A stretch of 56,983 nucleotides of DNA, taken from NCBI GenBank assembly GCA_045806925.1, contig JBJMII010000137.1:1-56983 (forward strand). Direction: 5' to 3'. The notes under the pieces were generated by a model, which worked only from the letters and a program-made list of their open reading frames with translations, ran no database searches and was not told the DNA's origin. This DNA is from Mycobacteriales bacterium (GTDB lineage Bacteria > Actinomycetota > Actinomycetes > Mycobacteriales > CADCTP01). Shown here piece by piece: positions 19,769 to 28,794 of the stretch (the first letter of the stretch is position 1; each line of letters starts with the position of its first letter). Position numbers and translations under genes: made by a program.

Positions 19769-20395
19769 TCACTCGTCCCGGCCCTCGGGCCCGTCCTCGA
19801 CGGCGTCGTAGAGCGCGGCCACCTGCCGGGTCAGCGCGTGCGTGAACTCCTCCAGCCAGGTCCTGGTGCGGGCCAGCTCGGCGGCCACCCCGGCCGGGTG
19901 CGCCCGGTACGCCGAGCGGAAGTCGGCCACCGTCTGCTCGAAGCCGATCCGGCCCGACACCTCCGCGTGCACCAGCAGGTCCCGGGCCTCGTCCCGGGCC
20001 GGCACCGGGTCGTGCGGCGCCCGGTAGATCCCGCCGGTCAGCAGGTCGGCGTACCGCTCCGCGTTCGCGGTCAGCGCGTCCAGCCGCTGCCGGACCTGGC
20101 TGGTCAGGTCGCCCGGGCTGGCCGGCGGCCGGCGGGAGTCCGCCAGCGGAACCCGGTCCACGTCCGTCCCGTGCTCCCGGTAGAAGTGCCGGAGCCGGTC
20201 GATCTCGGCCCGCAGCGCGGCCCGCTCCGCCTCGTCGGCCTCGACGCCGGCGGCGACCCGGGCCAGGAAGTCGGCGACCTCCTCCTCCGAGTAGCCTCGC
20301 CACGCCATCGGGGACTGCCCGAAGCGCGCGGACCGGATCTCCGCCGCGGTCAACCGGCGGGTCCGGTCCGCCCGCAGCCGGCGGAACGCGCGCAC
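19769..20395 (-). CDS. DivIVA-domain-containing protein
   Basis: LTAAEIRSARF...RGYSEEEVADFLARV followed by coiled coil; AGGAGG RBS before GTG 20395. Confidence 0.8.
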   Translation of the reverse strand: MRAFRRLRADRTRRLTAAEIRSARFGQSPMAWRGYSEEEVADFLARVAAGVEADEAERAALRAEIDRLRHFYREHGTDVDRVPLADSRRPPASPGDLTSQVRQRLDALTANAERYADLLTGGIYRAPHDPVPARDEARDLLVHAEVSGRIGFEQTVADFRSAYRAHPAGVAAELARTRTWLEEFTHALTRQVAALYDAVEDGPEGRDE

Positions 20396-20491
20396 GGTGC
20401 CTCCTGGTGGGACGGCAGGCTCGGAGCCGGAGACTCTAGTACGCCGCCGGCCCGTTGCCACGGATTCGCGGGGGTTGAGTCACACTGGGGC

Positions 20492-21262
20492 ATGGCCTAC
20501 CAGCACCTGCTCGTCAAGCGGGACGCCGCGATCAGCACGATCACGCTGAACCGGCCGGACAAGCGCAACGCGCTGTCACTGGAGCTGATGCGGGAGCTGA
20601 CCGCGGCGTTCACGGAGGTGGCGGAGTCGGACGCGCTCGGCGTCGTGCTGGCCGCGAACGGGCCGGTCTTCTCCGCCGGGCACAACTTCGCCGACATGGC
20701 CGGCGCGGACCTGGACACCGCCCGCCGGCTCTTCGAGACCTGCACCCGGTTGATGGACACCGTGCAGGCGATCCCGCAGCCGGTCTGCGCCAAGGTGCAC
20801 GCGCTGGCGACCGCGGCCGGCTGCCAGCTGGTCGCCACCTGCGATCTCGCGGTCGCGGCCGACGACGCGGCCCTCGCGCTGCCCGGCGGCCGGGGCGGCC
20901 TGTTCTGCCATACCCCGCTGGTGCCGGTGACGCGCAGCATCGGCCGCAAGCGGGCGCTGGAGATGGCGCTCACCGGCGACCCGGTGGACGCGGCGACCGC
21001 GGCGGACTGGGGTCTGGTCAACCGGGCGGTGCCGGCCGCCGAGCTGGACGACGCCTGCTGGGACCTCATCACCCGGGCCACCCGCGGCTCGGCCGCGTCC
21101 AAGGCGCTGGGCAAGCAGGGCTTCTATGCGCAGGCCGGGCTGGACCAGGACGCGGCCTACCGGCACGCGATCACGCTGATGGCGGCGGCGGCGGTGACCG
21201 CGGACGCGCAGGAGGGGATCGCGGCCTTCCTCGCCAAGCGGCGGCCGTCCTGGCCGGCGTGA
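20492..21262 (+). CDS. Enoyl-CoA hydratase/isomerase (crotonase) family, ECHDC3-like
   Basis: LNRPDKRNAL, FSAGH, ATAAGCQL, GLFCHTP, QEGIAAFLAKR. Confidence 0.9.
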   Translation: MAYQHLLVKRDAAISTITLNRPDKRNALSLELMRELTAAFTEVAESDALGVVLAANGPVFSAGHNFADMAGADLDTARRLFETCTRLMDTVQAIPQPVCAKVHALATAAGCQLVATCDLAVAADDAALALPGGRGGLFCHTPLVPVTRSIGRKRALEMALTGDPVDAATAADWGLVNRAVPAAELDDACWDLITRATRGSAASKALGKQGFYAQAGLDQDAAYRHAITLMAAAAVTADAQEGIAAFLAKRRPSWPA

Positions 21263-21312
21263 CCGGTCGGACCGCCGTGCCCGGTCACTGAGCCGGTCGG
21301 TACGGTCGTGCG

Positions 21313-22473
21313 GTGCACCGTCCGACGGCGTCCCGCTGGTTGCTGACCGGCGTCGCGGCCGTGCTGGTCGCCGGCTGCTCCCGGGACGCCGACACCGCCG
21401 TCGCCCCGCAGCCGAGCGGGTCGGCCGCGTCCCGCGCCGCCAGCCTGGCCGGCGTCTGCCCGGCCACCGTGGCGGTGCAGTCCAACTGGTGGCCGCAGGC
21501 CGAGGACGGCGCCCTGTTCCACCTGCTCGGCGGCGAGCTGGCCGTCGACAAGGCCCGCAAGCGGGTGTCCGGCCGGCTGGTCGCCGCCGGCGTCGACACC
21601 GGGGTGCGGCTGGAGATCCGGTCCGGCGGTCCGGCGAACGGGTTCGTCCCGGCGGTGAGCACGCTCTTCACCGACTCATCGGTGCTGCTCGGCACGGCCG
21701 ACACCGACCAGATCGCCCAGGTCGCGGCGCGGCAGCGGGTCAGGGCTGTGGTCGCCCCGATGGAGCGCTCGCCGGTGGTGCTGATGTACGACCCGGCGCA
21801 GCACTCGTTCTCCTCCATCGCGGACGTCGGCCGGACCGACACCCGGGTGCTGTACTTCCAGGGCGCGACGTACATGGAGTACCTGACCGGCAGCGGCCTG
21901 CTCAAGCGGTCCCAGGTGGACGCCGGCTACGCCGGCACCCCGGACCGGTGGGTCGCCTCCCGCGGCAGCATCGTGCAGCAGGGCTTCCTCACCAACGAGC
22001 CGTACGCGTACGAGAAGGAGCTGCCGGCCTGGCACCGGAAGGTGGCCTGGCTGCTGGTCGCGGACGCCGGCTACCCGGTCTACCCGGAGACGCTGACCGT
22101 GCGGGCGGACCGGGAGCCCGAGCTGGCGCCCTGCCTGAAACGGCTGGTGCCGCTGATCCAGCGCTCCGCCGCCGGCTACCTGGCCGATCCCACCGCCACC
22201 AACGCGCTCATCGTGCAGCTGGCCGAGGACTTCGACGCCTACCCCTACTCGACCCAGCGCGCCGCGTACGCGGTGCGGGTGATGCGGGCCAACGGGATCG
22301 TCGGCGACGGTCCGAACCGGACCATCGGCGACTTCGACCTGGCCCGGGTGACCAGGCTGCTGTCCATCGTCCGGCCGGTCTTCGCCCGGGCCCGGCAGCC
22401 GGTGCCGGCCGGCATCGCGGCCGGCGACCTGGTCACCAACGACTACATCGACCCGGCGGTGTCCGCCGGCTGA
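21313..22473 (+). CDS. ABC-type substrate-binding lipoprotein (NMT1/THI5/TauA-like), orphan
   Basis: Lipobox [32 protein letters not shown]-terminus. Confidence 0.75.
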   Translation: MHRPTASRWLLTGVAAVLVAGCSRDADTAVAPQPSGSAASRAASLAGVCPATVAVQSNWWPQAEDGALFHLLGGELAVDKARKRVSGRLVAAGVDTGVRLEIRSGGPANGFVPAVSTLFTDSSVLLGTADTDQIAQVAARQRVRAVVAPMERSPVVLMYDPAQHSFSSIADVGRTDTRVLYFQGATYMEYLTGSGLLKRSQVDAGYAGTPDRWVASRGSIVQQGFLTNEPYAYEKELPAWHRKVAWLLVADAGYPVYPETLTVRADREPELAPCLKRLVPLIQRSAAGYLADPTATNALIVQLAEDFDAYPYSTQRAAYAVRVMRANGIVGDGPNRTIGDFDLARVTRLLSIVRPVFARARQPVPAGIAAGDLVTNDYIDPAVSAG

Positions 22474-22486
22474 GGAGGAGGCCGCC

Positions 22487-23500
22487 GTGGGGCTGGAGGA
22501 CTTCGACCGCGTCCCGCTGCTGTTCGGCCCGTCCCCGGTGCACCCGCTGGAGCGGCTGACCGCGCACCTCGGCGGCGCCGGGCTGTGGGCGAAGCGGGAG
22601 GACTGCAACTCCGGCCTCGCGTACGGCGGGAACAAGACCCGCAAGCTGGAGTACCTGGTCGCGGACGCGCTGGCGAAGGGCTGCGACACGCTGGTGTCGA
22701 TCGGTGGCGTGCAGTCCAACCACACCCGGCAGGTGGCCGCGGTGGCCGCCCGGGTCGGGCTGCGCTGCGTGCTGGTGCAGGAGAGCTGGGTGGACTGGCC
22801 CGACCCGGTCTACGACAAGGTCGGCAACATCCTGCTCAGCCGGCTGGCCGGCGCGGACGTGCGGCTGGTGCGGGCCGGCTTCGGCATCGGGGTCAAGGAC
22901 AGCTGGCAGGCCGCGCTCGCGGATGTGGAGGCGGCCGGTGGCCGGCCGTACCCGATCCCGGCCGGCGCGTCCGACCACCCGCTGGGCGGGCTCGGCTTCG
23001 CCCGCTGGGCGGCGGAGGTGGCCGCGCAGGAGCGGGAGCTCGGTGTGTTCTTCGACACGGTCCTGGTCTGCTCGGTGACCGGCAGCACCCAGGCCGGGAT
23101 GGTTGCCGGCTTCGCCGCGCTCGAGGCGGACGGCGCCCGGCCGCGCCGCGTGCTCGGCGTGGACGGGTCCGGGAAGCCGGCCGAGACGCGCGAGCAGGTC
23201 GCCCGGATCGCCCGCGCCACGGCCAGCGCGATCGGGCTCGGCCCGGACGTCGACCTGCCGGTGGAGCTGGACGATCGCTACCACGCCGGCACCTACGGCA
23301 TCCCGGACGAGTCCACTGTGGACGCCATGCGGCTGGCCGCCCGGACGGAGGGGATGATCACCGACCCGGTGTACGAGGGGAAGTCGATGGCGGCGCTGGT
23401 CGACCTCGTGGGCCGGGGCGAGATCGCCCGGGACTCGACCGTCCTCTATGCACATCTGGGGGGTCAACCGGCCTTGAACGCCTACAGCGCCCTCTTCTGA
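22487..23500 (+). CDS. acdS: 1-aminocyclopropane-1-carboxylate deaminase
   Basis: [18 protein letters not shown] (PLP Lys), [18 protein letters not shown] (diagnostic Glu) and YAHLGG (diagnostic Leu) that separate ACC deaminase from D-cysteine desulfhydrase. Confidence 0.93.
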   Translation: MGLEDFDRVPLLFGPSPVHPLERLTAHLGGAGLWAKREDCNSGLAYGGNKTRKLEYLVADALAKGCDTLVSIGGVQSNHTRQVAAVAARVGLRCVLVQESWVDWPDPVYDKVGNILLSRLAGADVRLVRAGFGIGVKDSWQAALADVEAAGGRPYPIPAGASDHPLGGLGFARWAAEVAAQERELGVFFDTVLVCSVTGSTQAGMVAGFAALEADGARPRRVLGVDGSGKPAETREQVARIARATASAIGLGPDVDLPVELDDRYHAGTYGIPDESTVDAMRLAARTEGMITDPVYEGKSMAALVDLVGRGEIARDSTVLYAHLGGQPALNAYSALF

Positions 23501-23648
23501 CCGCTGTCGACTTATTCCGACCCGTCGCGGCCCGCCTCGGCAGAACCGTCCGGTTCGGCGTTTTCGCCGGCGGCCGAACCCGGTTGCGGGCCTTGCGCGA
23601 AGGGTCTTAACGTCCTATCGCGACAGTCCCAGCAAGCCAGGAGAAGCA

Positions 23649-25157
23649 GTGGCCATCTCGTCCAGTCCTGACCCGGACACCGCCCCGCTGACCGAATCGT
23701 CCACGTCGGACCCGAAGCGGTGGCTCGCGCTGCTGGTGATCGGGGCCGCCCAGCTGATGGTCATCCTGGACGCGTCCATCGTGAACATCGCGCTCCCGTC
23801 CGCGCAGCGTGACCTCGGCATCACCGACGCCGACCGGCAGTGGATCGTGACGGCGTACACGCTGGCCTTCGGCGGGCTGCTGCTGCTCGGCGGCCGGATC
23901 GCCGACTACACCGGCCGGAAGCGGACGTTCATCATCGGCCTGCTCGGCTTCGCCGGCGCGTCCGCGCTCGGCGGGCTGGCGTCCACCGCGACGCTGCTCT
24001 TCGCCGCCCGCGCGCTGCAGGGCGCGTTCGGCGCGCTGCTCGCCCCGGCCGCGCTGTCGTTGATCACGGTCACCTTCACCGAGTCGAAGGAGCGGGCCCG
24101 CGCGTTCGGTGTCTTCGGCGCGATCGCCGGCGGTGGGGCCGCCATCGGGCTGGTCCTCGGCGGCATCCTCACCGAGTACGCCTCCTGGCGCTGGTGCCTG
24201 GGCGTCAACGTGCCGATCGCCATCGTGACCGCGGTCGCCGCGGTGCCGATCGTCCGGGAGAGCAAGGCTTACGGCAACACGCGCTATGACGTGCCCGGCG
24301 CGGTGCTGGTGACGCTCGGCCTGGTGTCGCTGGTCTACGGCTTCACCGAGGCGGCCAAGCCGGCCGTCGGCTGGGACGCGCGGAGCACGCTCGGCTTCCT
24401 CGCCGCCGCGGTGGTGCTGCTGGTCGCGTTCGTGGCCTGGGAGGCGCGCACCCCCAACCCGCTGCTCCCGCTGCGGATCGCGCTCGACCGCAACCGCGGC
24501 GGGTCGTACCTGGTCTTCCTGCTGGTCGGCGCGGGGTTGTTCGCCATGTTCCTGTTCCTGACCTACTACTTCCAGGTCAACCTCGGCTACAGCGCGCTGA
24601 AGGCCGGCTTCGCGTTCCTGCCGTTCAGCGGCGGCATCATCCTCACCGCCGGCCTGGTGTCCCAGCTGCTGCCGAGGATCGGGCCCAAGCCGCTGATGGT
24701 CGGCGGGCTGGCGCTGGCCACCTCGGGCATGCTCTACCTGACCCAGATCAGCTCGACCTCCAGCTACGTCTCGCATGTGCTGCCGGCCCAGCTGCTGATG
24801 AGCATCGGCATGGCCGGGGTCTTCATCCCCGCGGCCAGCACCGCGCTGGTCGGCGTGGGCTCGCACGACGCCGGGGTGGCCAGCGCCCTGCTCAACACCA
24901 GCCAACAGGTCGGCGGCTCACTCGGCACCGCCCTGCTCAACACCCTCTACGCATCCGCGGTGACCGCGTTCCTGACCGCGAACGTGCACAGCCCGGCCGA
25001 CCTCCAGCGCCTGCAGGGCGACGCGCTCATCCACGGCTACCGGGTCGCGTTCTTCTGGGGCGGGGTGCTGCTGACCGCCGCCCTGATCGTGTCGATCGTC
25101 TTCATCAACGCGAAGAAGGACGCCGTGCCGAGGGAGCCCGCACTGGCCGCGGCCTGA
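23649..25157 (+). CDS. MFS transporter, DHA2 (EmrB/QacA, 14-TM) family
   Basis: LDASIVNIALP, GGRIADYTGRK, WRWCLGVNVP, NTSQQVGGSLG. Confidence 0.92.
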   Translation: MAISSSPDPDTAPLTESSTSDPKRWLALLVIGAAQLMVILDASIVNIALPSAQRDLGITDADRQWIVTAYTLAFGGLLLLGGRIADYTGRKRTFIIGLLGFAGASALGGLASTATLLFAARALQGAFGALLAPAALSLITVTFTESKERARAFGVFGAIAGGGAAIGLVLGGILTEYASWRWCLGVNVPIAIVTAVAAVPIVRESKAYGNTRYDVPGAVLVTLGLVSLVYGFTEAAKPAVGWDARSTLGFLAAAVVLLVAFVAWEARTPNPLLPLRIALDRNRGGSYLVFLLVGAGLFAMFLFLTYYFQVNLGYSALKAGFAFLPFSGGIILTAGLVSQLLPRIGPKPLMVGGLALATSGMLYLTQISSTSSYVSHVLPAQLLMSIGMAGVFIPAASTALVGVGSHDAGVASALLNTSQQVGGSLGTALLNTLYASAVTAFLTANVHSPADLQRLQGDALIHGYRVAFFWGGVLLTAALIVSIVFINAKKDAVPREPALAAA

Positions 25158-25164
25158 CCCGCCC

Positions 25165-25190
25165 GCCCCGGCCGCTCGGGCGGCCGGGGC
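25165..25190. terminator. GC hairpin between convergent genes
   Basis: GCCCCGGCCGC-TCGG-GCGGCCGGGGC. Confidence 0.65.
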
Positions 25191-25207
25191 CGTTCGGGCC
25201 GCGGGGG

Positions 25208-25345
25208 TCAGTAGCCGCCGCCGGGGCCGGCGCCACCTCCGCCACCTCCGCCGACGAGCAGCGCGACGACGAGGATCACGGCGAAGACCGCGATCACGAC
25301 GGCGACGACGATGCGCGAGCGGGTACGTCCGAACACTCCGGGCAC
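25208..25345 (-). CDS. Small single-TM protein with Gly-rich tail (45 aa)
   Basis: GAGGAGG RBS before GTG 25345; basic N-terminus, ~20-aa hydrophobic helix, GGGGGGGAGPGGGY. Confidence 0.6.
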   Translation of the reverse strand: MPGVFGRTRSRIVVAVVIAVFAVILVVALLVGGGGGGGAGPGGGY

Positions 25346-25460
25346 GGGGACCGCCTCCTCTGCGACGCCCTCACCCACGGCCCCGGCCGCCGGACGGTTC
25401 ACGGCGGGGCCGGTACCCAATCAGCGTACCGGGGCGCGGCGCAGGCCCTATGGTCCGGGC

Positions 25461-27704
25461 GTGGCCACGACTGTGTACGTCGCCGGGCTGGAGCCGGACA
25501 CCGGCAAGTCGGTGGTCGCCCTCGGCGTGATGGAGCTGCTCGCCGGGCGGGTCGGCCGGGTCGGGTTCTTCCGTCCGGTGGTCGGGGACTCGCCCGGGCC
25601 GGACCGGCTGGTCGAGCTCGCGCGGGACCGCTACCAGCTGCCGGCGGAGCCGGCGGCCATGAGCGGGGTGACGTACCGCGAGGTGCACGAGCTGACCGCC
25701 GCCGGCAGGACGGACGAGCTGGTCTCCCGGGTGGTGGAGCGGTTCCGGGCGGTGGAGCGGGACTGCGACGCGGTGCTCTGCGTCGGCAGCGACTTCACCG
25801 ACGTGTCCACGCCGACCGAGTTCGCGCTGAACCTGCGGCTCGCGGACAACCTGGGCGCGAGCGTGCTGGCCGTGGTGTCCGGCCGGCGCAAGTCGGCGGC
25901 GGAGGTGGTCGCGTCGGTCCGGTACGCCCGGGACACGCTCGCCTCGGCCGGTGCCGCGGTGGTCGCGGTGGTGGCCAACCGGGTGGAGCCGCTGGAGATC
26001 GAAGCCGCCCGCGCCGCGCTGGCCGACGGCGGTGGGGCGGCCGACAGCGGCGATGTGGCGCCGGCGTACCTGGTGCCCTTCGACCCGGTCCTGGTCGAGC
26101 CCAGCCTCGGCGAGGTGGCCGCCGAGGTGGGCGCCCGGATCGTCGTCGGCGACCCGGGCGAGCTGGACCGGGACGTCCGCGGCGTGGTGGTCGCCGCGGC
26201 CACCCTGCCCACCGTGCTGGACCACCTGGTCGACGGCGCGCTCGTGCTCACCCCGGGCGACCGCAGCGAGATCGTGCTCGGGATGCTGGCCGCCGCGGTG
26301 TCGGCCAGCGCGCCGCACATCAGCGGCCTGCTGCTGACCACCGGCCTGGTACCGGACCCGAGGGTGCAGCGCATCCTGGACGGGCTCGCGCCGCACACCC
26401 CGGTGCTCGCCGTGGACACCGACACCTTCACCACCGCGCAGGCGGTCGGCCGGGTGCAGGGCCACCTCACCGCCCGCAGCGCCCGCAAGATCACCGCCGC
26501 GCTCGGCTCGGTGGAGCGGCACATCGACGTCGAGGAGCTGGCCAGCCGGGTCGAGCTCACCCGGTCGCGGCGGGTCACCCCGCTGATGTTCGAGTACGAC
26601 CTGGTCGAGCGCGCCCGCGCGGACCGCCGGCACGTCGTGCTGCCGGAGGGCGCGGACGAGCGGGTGCTGCGGGCCACCGAGATCGTGCTGCGCCGCGGCG
26701 TCGCCGCCATCACGCTGCTCGGCCGGCCGGCCGAGATCCGCGGCCGGGCCGCCGCGCTCGGCCTCGACCTCACCGGCGCGGCCGTGCTCGACCCGACCTC
26801 GCTGGAGGCGGACGACCTGCGGGAGCGCTTCGCGGCGACGTACGCGAAGGCCCGCGGACACCGGGGGGTGACCCTGCAGCAGGCGCGGGACGTGGTCACC
26901 GACGTCAGCTACTTCGGGACGCTGATGGTGCACCAGGACCTCGCCGACGGGATGGTCTCCGGCGCGGTGCACACCACCGCACATACGATCCGGCCGGCCT
27001 TCGAGGTGATCCGGACGGTGCCGGGCGTGCGGACGGTGTCGTCGGTCTTCTTCATGTGCCTGGCCGACCGGGTGCTGGTCTACGGCGACTGCGCGATCAT
27101 CCCGGACCCGGACGCCGCCCAGCTCGCGGACATCGCGGTGTCGTCGGCGGCGACCGCCCGCCGCTTCGGGGTCGAGCCGCGGGTGGCGATGCTGTCCTAC
27201 TCGACCGGCGAGTCCGGTTCCGGCGCGGACGTGGACAAGGTCCGGGCGGCGACCGCGCTGGTCCGCGAGCGGGAGCCGGAGCTGCCGGTGGAGGGGCCGA
27301 TCCAGTACGACGCGGCGGTCGACGCCAGCGTGGCCCGGACCAAGCTGCCGGACAGCGAGGTGGCCGGGCAGGCGACCGTCTTCGTCTTCCCGGACCTCAA
27401 CACCGGCAACAACACGTACAAGGCCGTGCAGCGGTCGGCCGGGGCGGTGGCGGTCGGGCCGGTGCTGCAGGGCCTGCGCCGCCCGGTGAACGACCTGAGC
27501 CGCGGCTGCACGGTCGCCGACATCGTCAACACGGTGGCCATCACCGCCGTGCAGGCAGGGTCGCTGCCCGGCCGGGCCGCCGAGGCCGCCGAGGTCGCCG
27601 AGGCCGCCGAGGCCGCCGAGGTCGCCGAGGCCGCTGAGGCCGCCGAGGCCGCCGAGGTCAGCGCAGCAGGAGCCCGCCGCCGAGCCCGAGGACGCCGAGG
27701 GTGA
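25461..27704 (+). CDS. pta: Phosphate acetyltransferase (long form with AAA_26 and DRTGG domains)
   Basis: TGKSVV, TPGDR, VLPEG, SGAVHTTAHT, GPIQYDAA, FPDLNTGNNTYK, PVNDLSRG. Confidence 0.95.
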   Translation: MATTVYVAGLEPDTGKSVVALGVMELLAGRVGRVGFFRPVVGDSPGPDRLVELARDRYQLPAEPAAMSGVTYREVHELTAAGRTDELVSRVVERFRAVERDCDAVLCVGSDFTDVSTPTEFALNLRLADNLGASVLAVVSGRRKSAAEVVASVRYARDTLASAGAAVVAVVANRVEPLEIEAARAALADGGGAADSGDVAPAYLVPFDPVLVEPSLGEVAAEVGARIVVGDPGELDRDVRGVVVAAATLPTVLDHLVDGALVLTPGDRSEIVLGMLAAAVSASAPHISGLLLTTGLVPDPRVQRILDGLAPHTPVLAVDTDTFTTAQAVGRVQGHLTARSARKITAALGSVERHIDVEELASRVELTRSRRVTPLMFEYDLVERARADRRHVVLPEGADERVLRATEIVLRRGVAAITLLGRPAEIRGRAAALGLDLTGAAVLDPTSLEADDLRERFAATYAKARGHRGVTLQQARDVVTDVSYFGTLMVHQDLADGMVSGAVHTTAHTIRPAFEVIRTVPGVRTVSSVFFMCLADRVLVYGDCAIIPDPDAAQLADIAVSSAATARRFGVEPRVAMLSYSTGESGSGADVDKVRAATALVREREPELPVEGPIQYDAAVDASVARTKLPDSEVAGQATVFVFPDLNTGNNTYKAVQRSAGAVAVGPVLQGLRRPVNDLSRGCTVADIVNTVAITAVQAGSLPGRAAEAAEVAEAAEAAEVAEAAEAAEAAEVSAAGARRRARGRRG
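27576..27659. repeat. 9-bp tandem repeat (~9 copies) encoding an AAE/VAE tail of Pta
   Basis: GCCGCCGAG/GTCGCCGAG units ending at the opposite-strand stop. Confidence 0.85.
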
Positions 27705-28341
27705 CCAGGCCGAAGAGGGCCACCCAGAGCCCGGCCGGCACGCCGGTCAGCCGGGCCAGCTGGTCCGCGTCCGTGGTCGGGCGGCGGCGCCGGCGGCGCT
27801 CCCGCCACAGCTCGCCGACCGGCCGCACCCCGGCCAGCAGCAGGAACCAGGTGACCGCGTGCCCGAAGCCGGCCTGCACGTCGGCCGGCGCCAGCAGCGA
27901 CACCGCGACCACCGCGCCGCCGGTCAGCAGCAGCGACAGCGCCCCGTACGCGTTGCGCACCATCACCAGCATGGCCAGCAGGACGGCGGCGCTGGCCCAG
28001 AGCATGACGGTGACCTGGCCGGCCGCGAGCAGCGCGACCCCGGCCAGGCCGACCAGCGACGGGCTGAGGTAGCCGGCCGCGGTCGTCGCGACCATCCCCG
28101 GCCCGCTCGGCCGGCCGAGCGACACGGTGAGACCGGAGGTGTCCGAGTGCAGCCGGATGCCGGTGAGCCGGCGGCCGGTGAGCACCGCGGTGACCGCATG
28201 CCCGCCCTCGTGCACGATCGTCACGACGTGCCGCGCCCACCGCCAGACGCCGTCCAGCAGCACCGCCAGCAGCGCGGCCACGCCGGTGCCGAGGACCAGC
28301 CAGGACGACGGGTCCGGCAGGTACGCGGTGATCGACTCCAT
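27658..28341 (-). CDS. M50B-family membrane metallopeptidase
   Basis: HEGGH zinc motif, DTSGLT, AGYLSP, TDADQLA. Confidence 0.88.
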   Translation of the reverse strand: MESITAYLPDPSSWLVLGTGVAALLAVLLDGVWRWARHVVTIVHEGGHAVTAVLTGRRLTGIRLHSDTSGLTVSLGRPSGPGMVATTAAGYLSPSLVGLAGVALLAAGQVTVMLWASAAVLLAMLVMVRNAYGALSLLLTGGAVVAVSLLAPADVQAGFGHAVTWFLLLAGVRPVGELWRERRRRRRPTTDADQLARLTGVPAGLWVALFGLVTLGVLGLGGGLLLR

Positions 28342-28362
28342 CGGGCCGGCGTCAGCGCCGGC

Positions 28363-28794
28363 TCAGCTCCACGCGCCCCGGGACATCGCCATCGACCGCT
28401 CCCGGAAGCCGGCCGTTCCCTCGATGATGTTGCGCTTGAGCTCCGCCTTCGACCGGCCCGTCGCCACCGTCGGGCCGAGCCGGCGGGCCACCTGCTTGAG
28501 CACCGGGACGGTCAGCCGGCCGTCGTGCGCGCGCAGGTAGTCGGCGACCTCGGCGCGGCTGCCCAGGGCCCGGATCGCGCTGACGGTCGCCTCCAGGTCG
28601 CCGCACTCGGTGCCCGCCGGCGGCCGGGTGGGGACCGCCCGCGGGGTCGCGGGCCGGAAGACCAGCTGCCCGCGGCCCTCCGCGAGCGCTGCCAGCTGCT
28701 CGGGGTGGAGACGGCCGAGCAGCTCGCCGACCTGCCGGAGGGCCAGGGCGGCGAGCTGCGAGGGGTGGGCCGACGGGGAAGTCGGGCAGGTCAC
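28363..28794 (-). CDS. Hypothetical protein with a C-terminal Rho_N/SAP-like helix-extension-helix motif
   Basis: GTG overlaps the ParA TGA; LTVPVLKQVARRLG-x6-RSKAELKRNII pattern. Confidence 0.7.
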   Translation of the reverse strand: MTCPTSPSAHPSQLAALALRQVGELLGRLHPEQLAALAEGRGQLVFRPATPRAVPTRPPAGTECGDLEATVSAIRALGSRAEVADYLRAHDGRLTVPVLKQVARRLGPTVATGRSKAELKRNIIEGTAGFRERSMAMSRGAWS

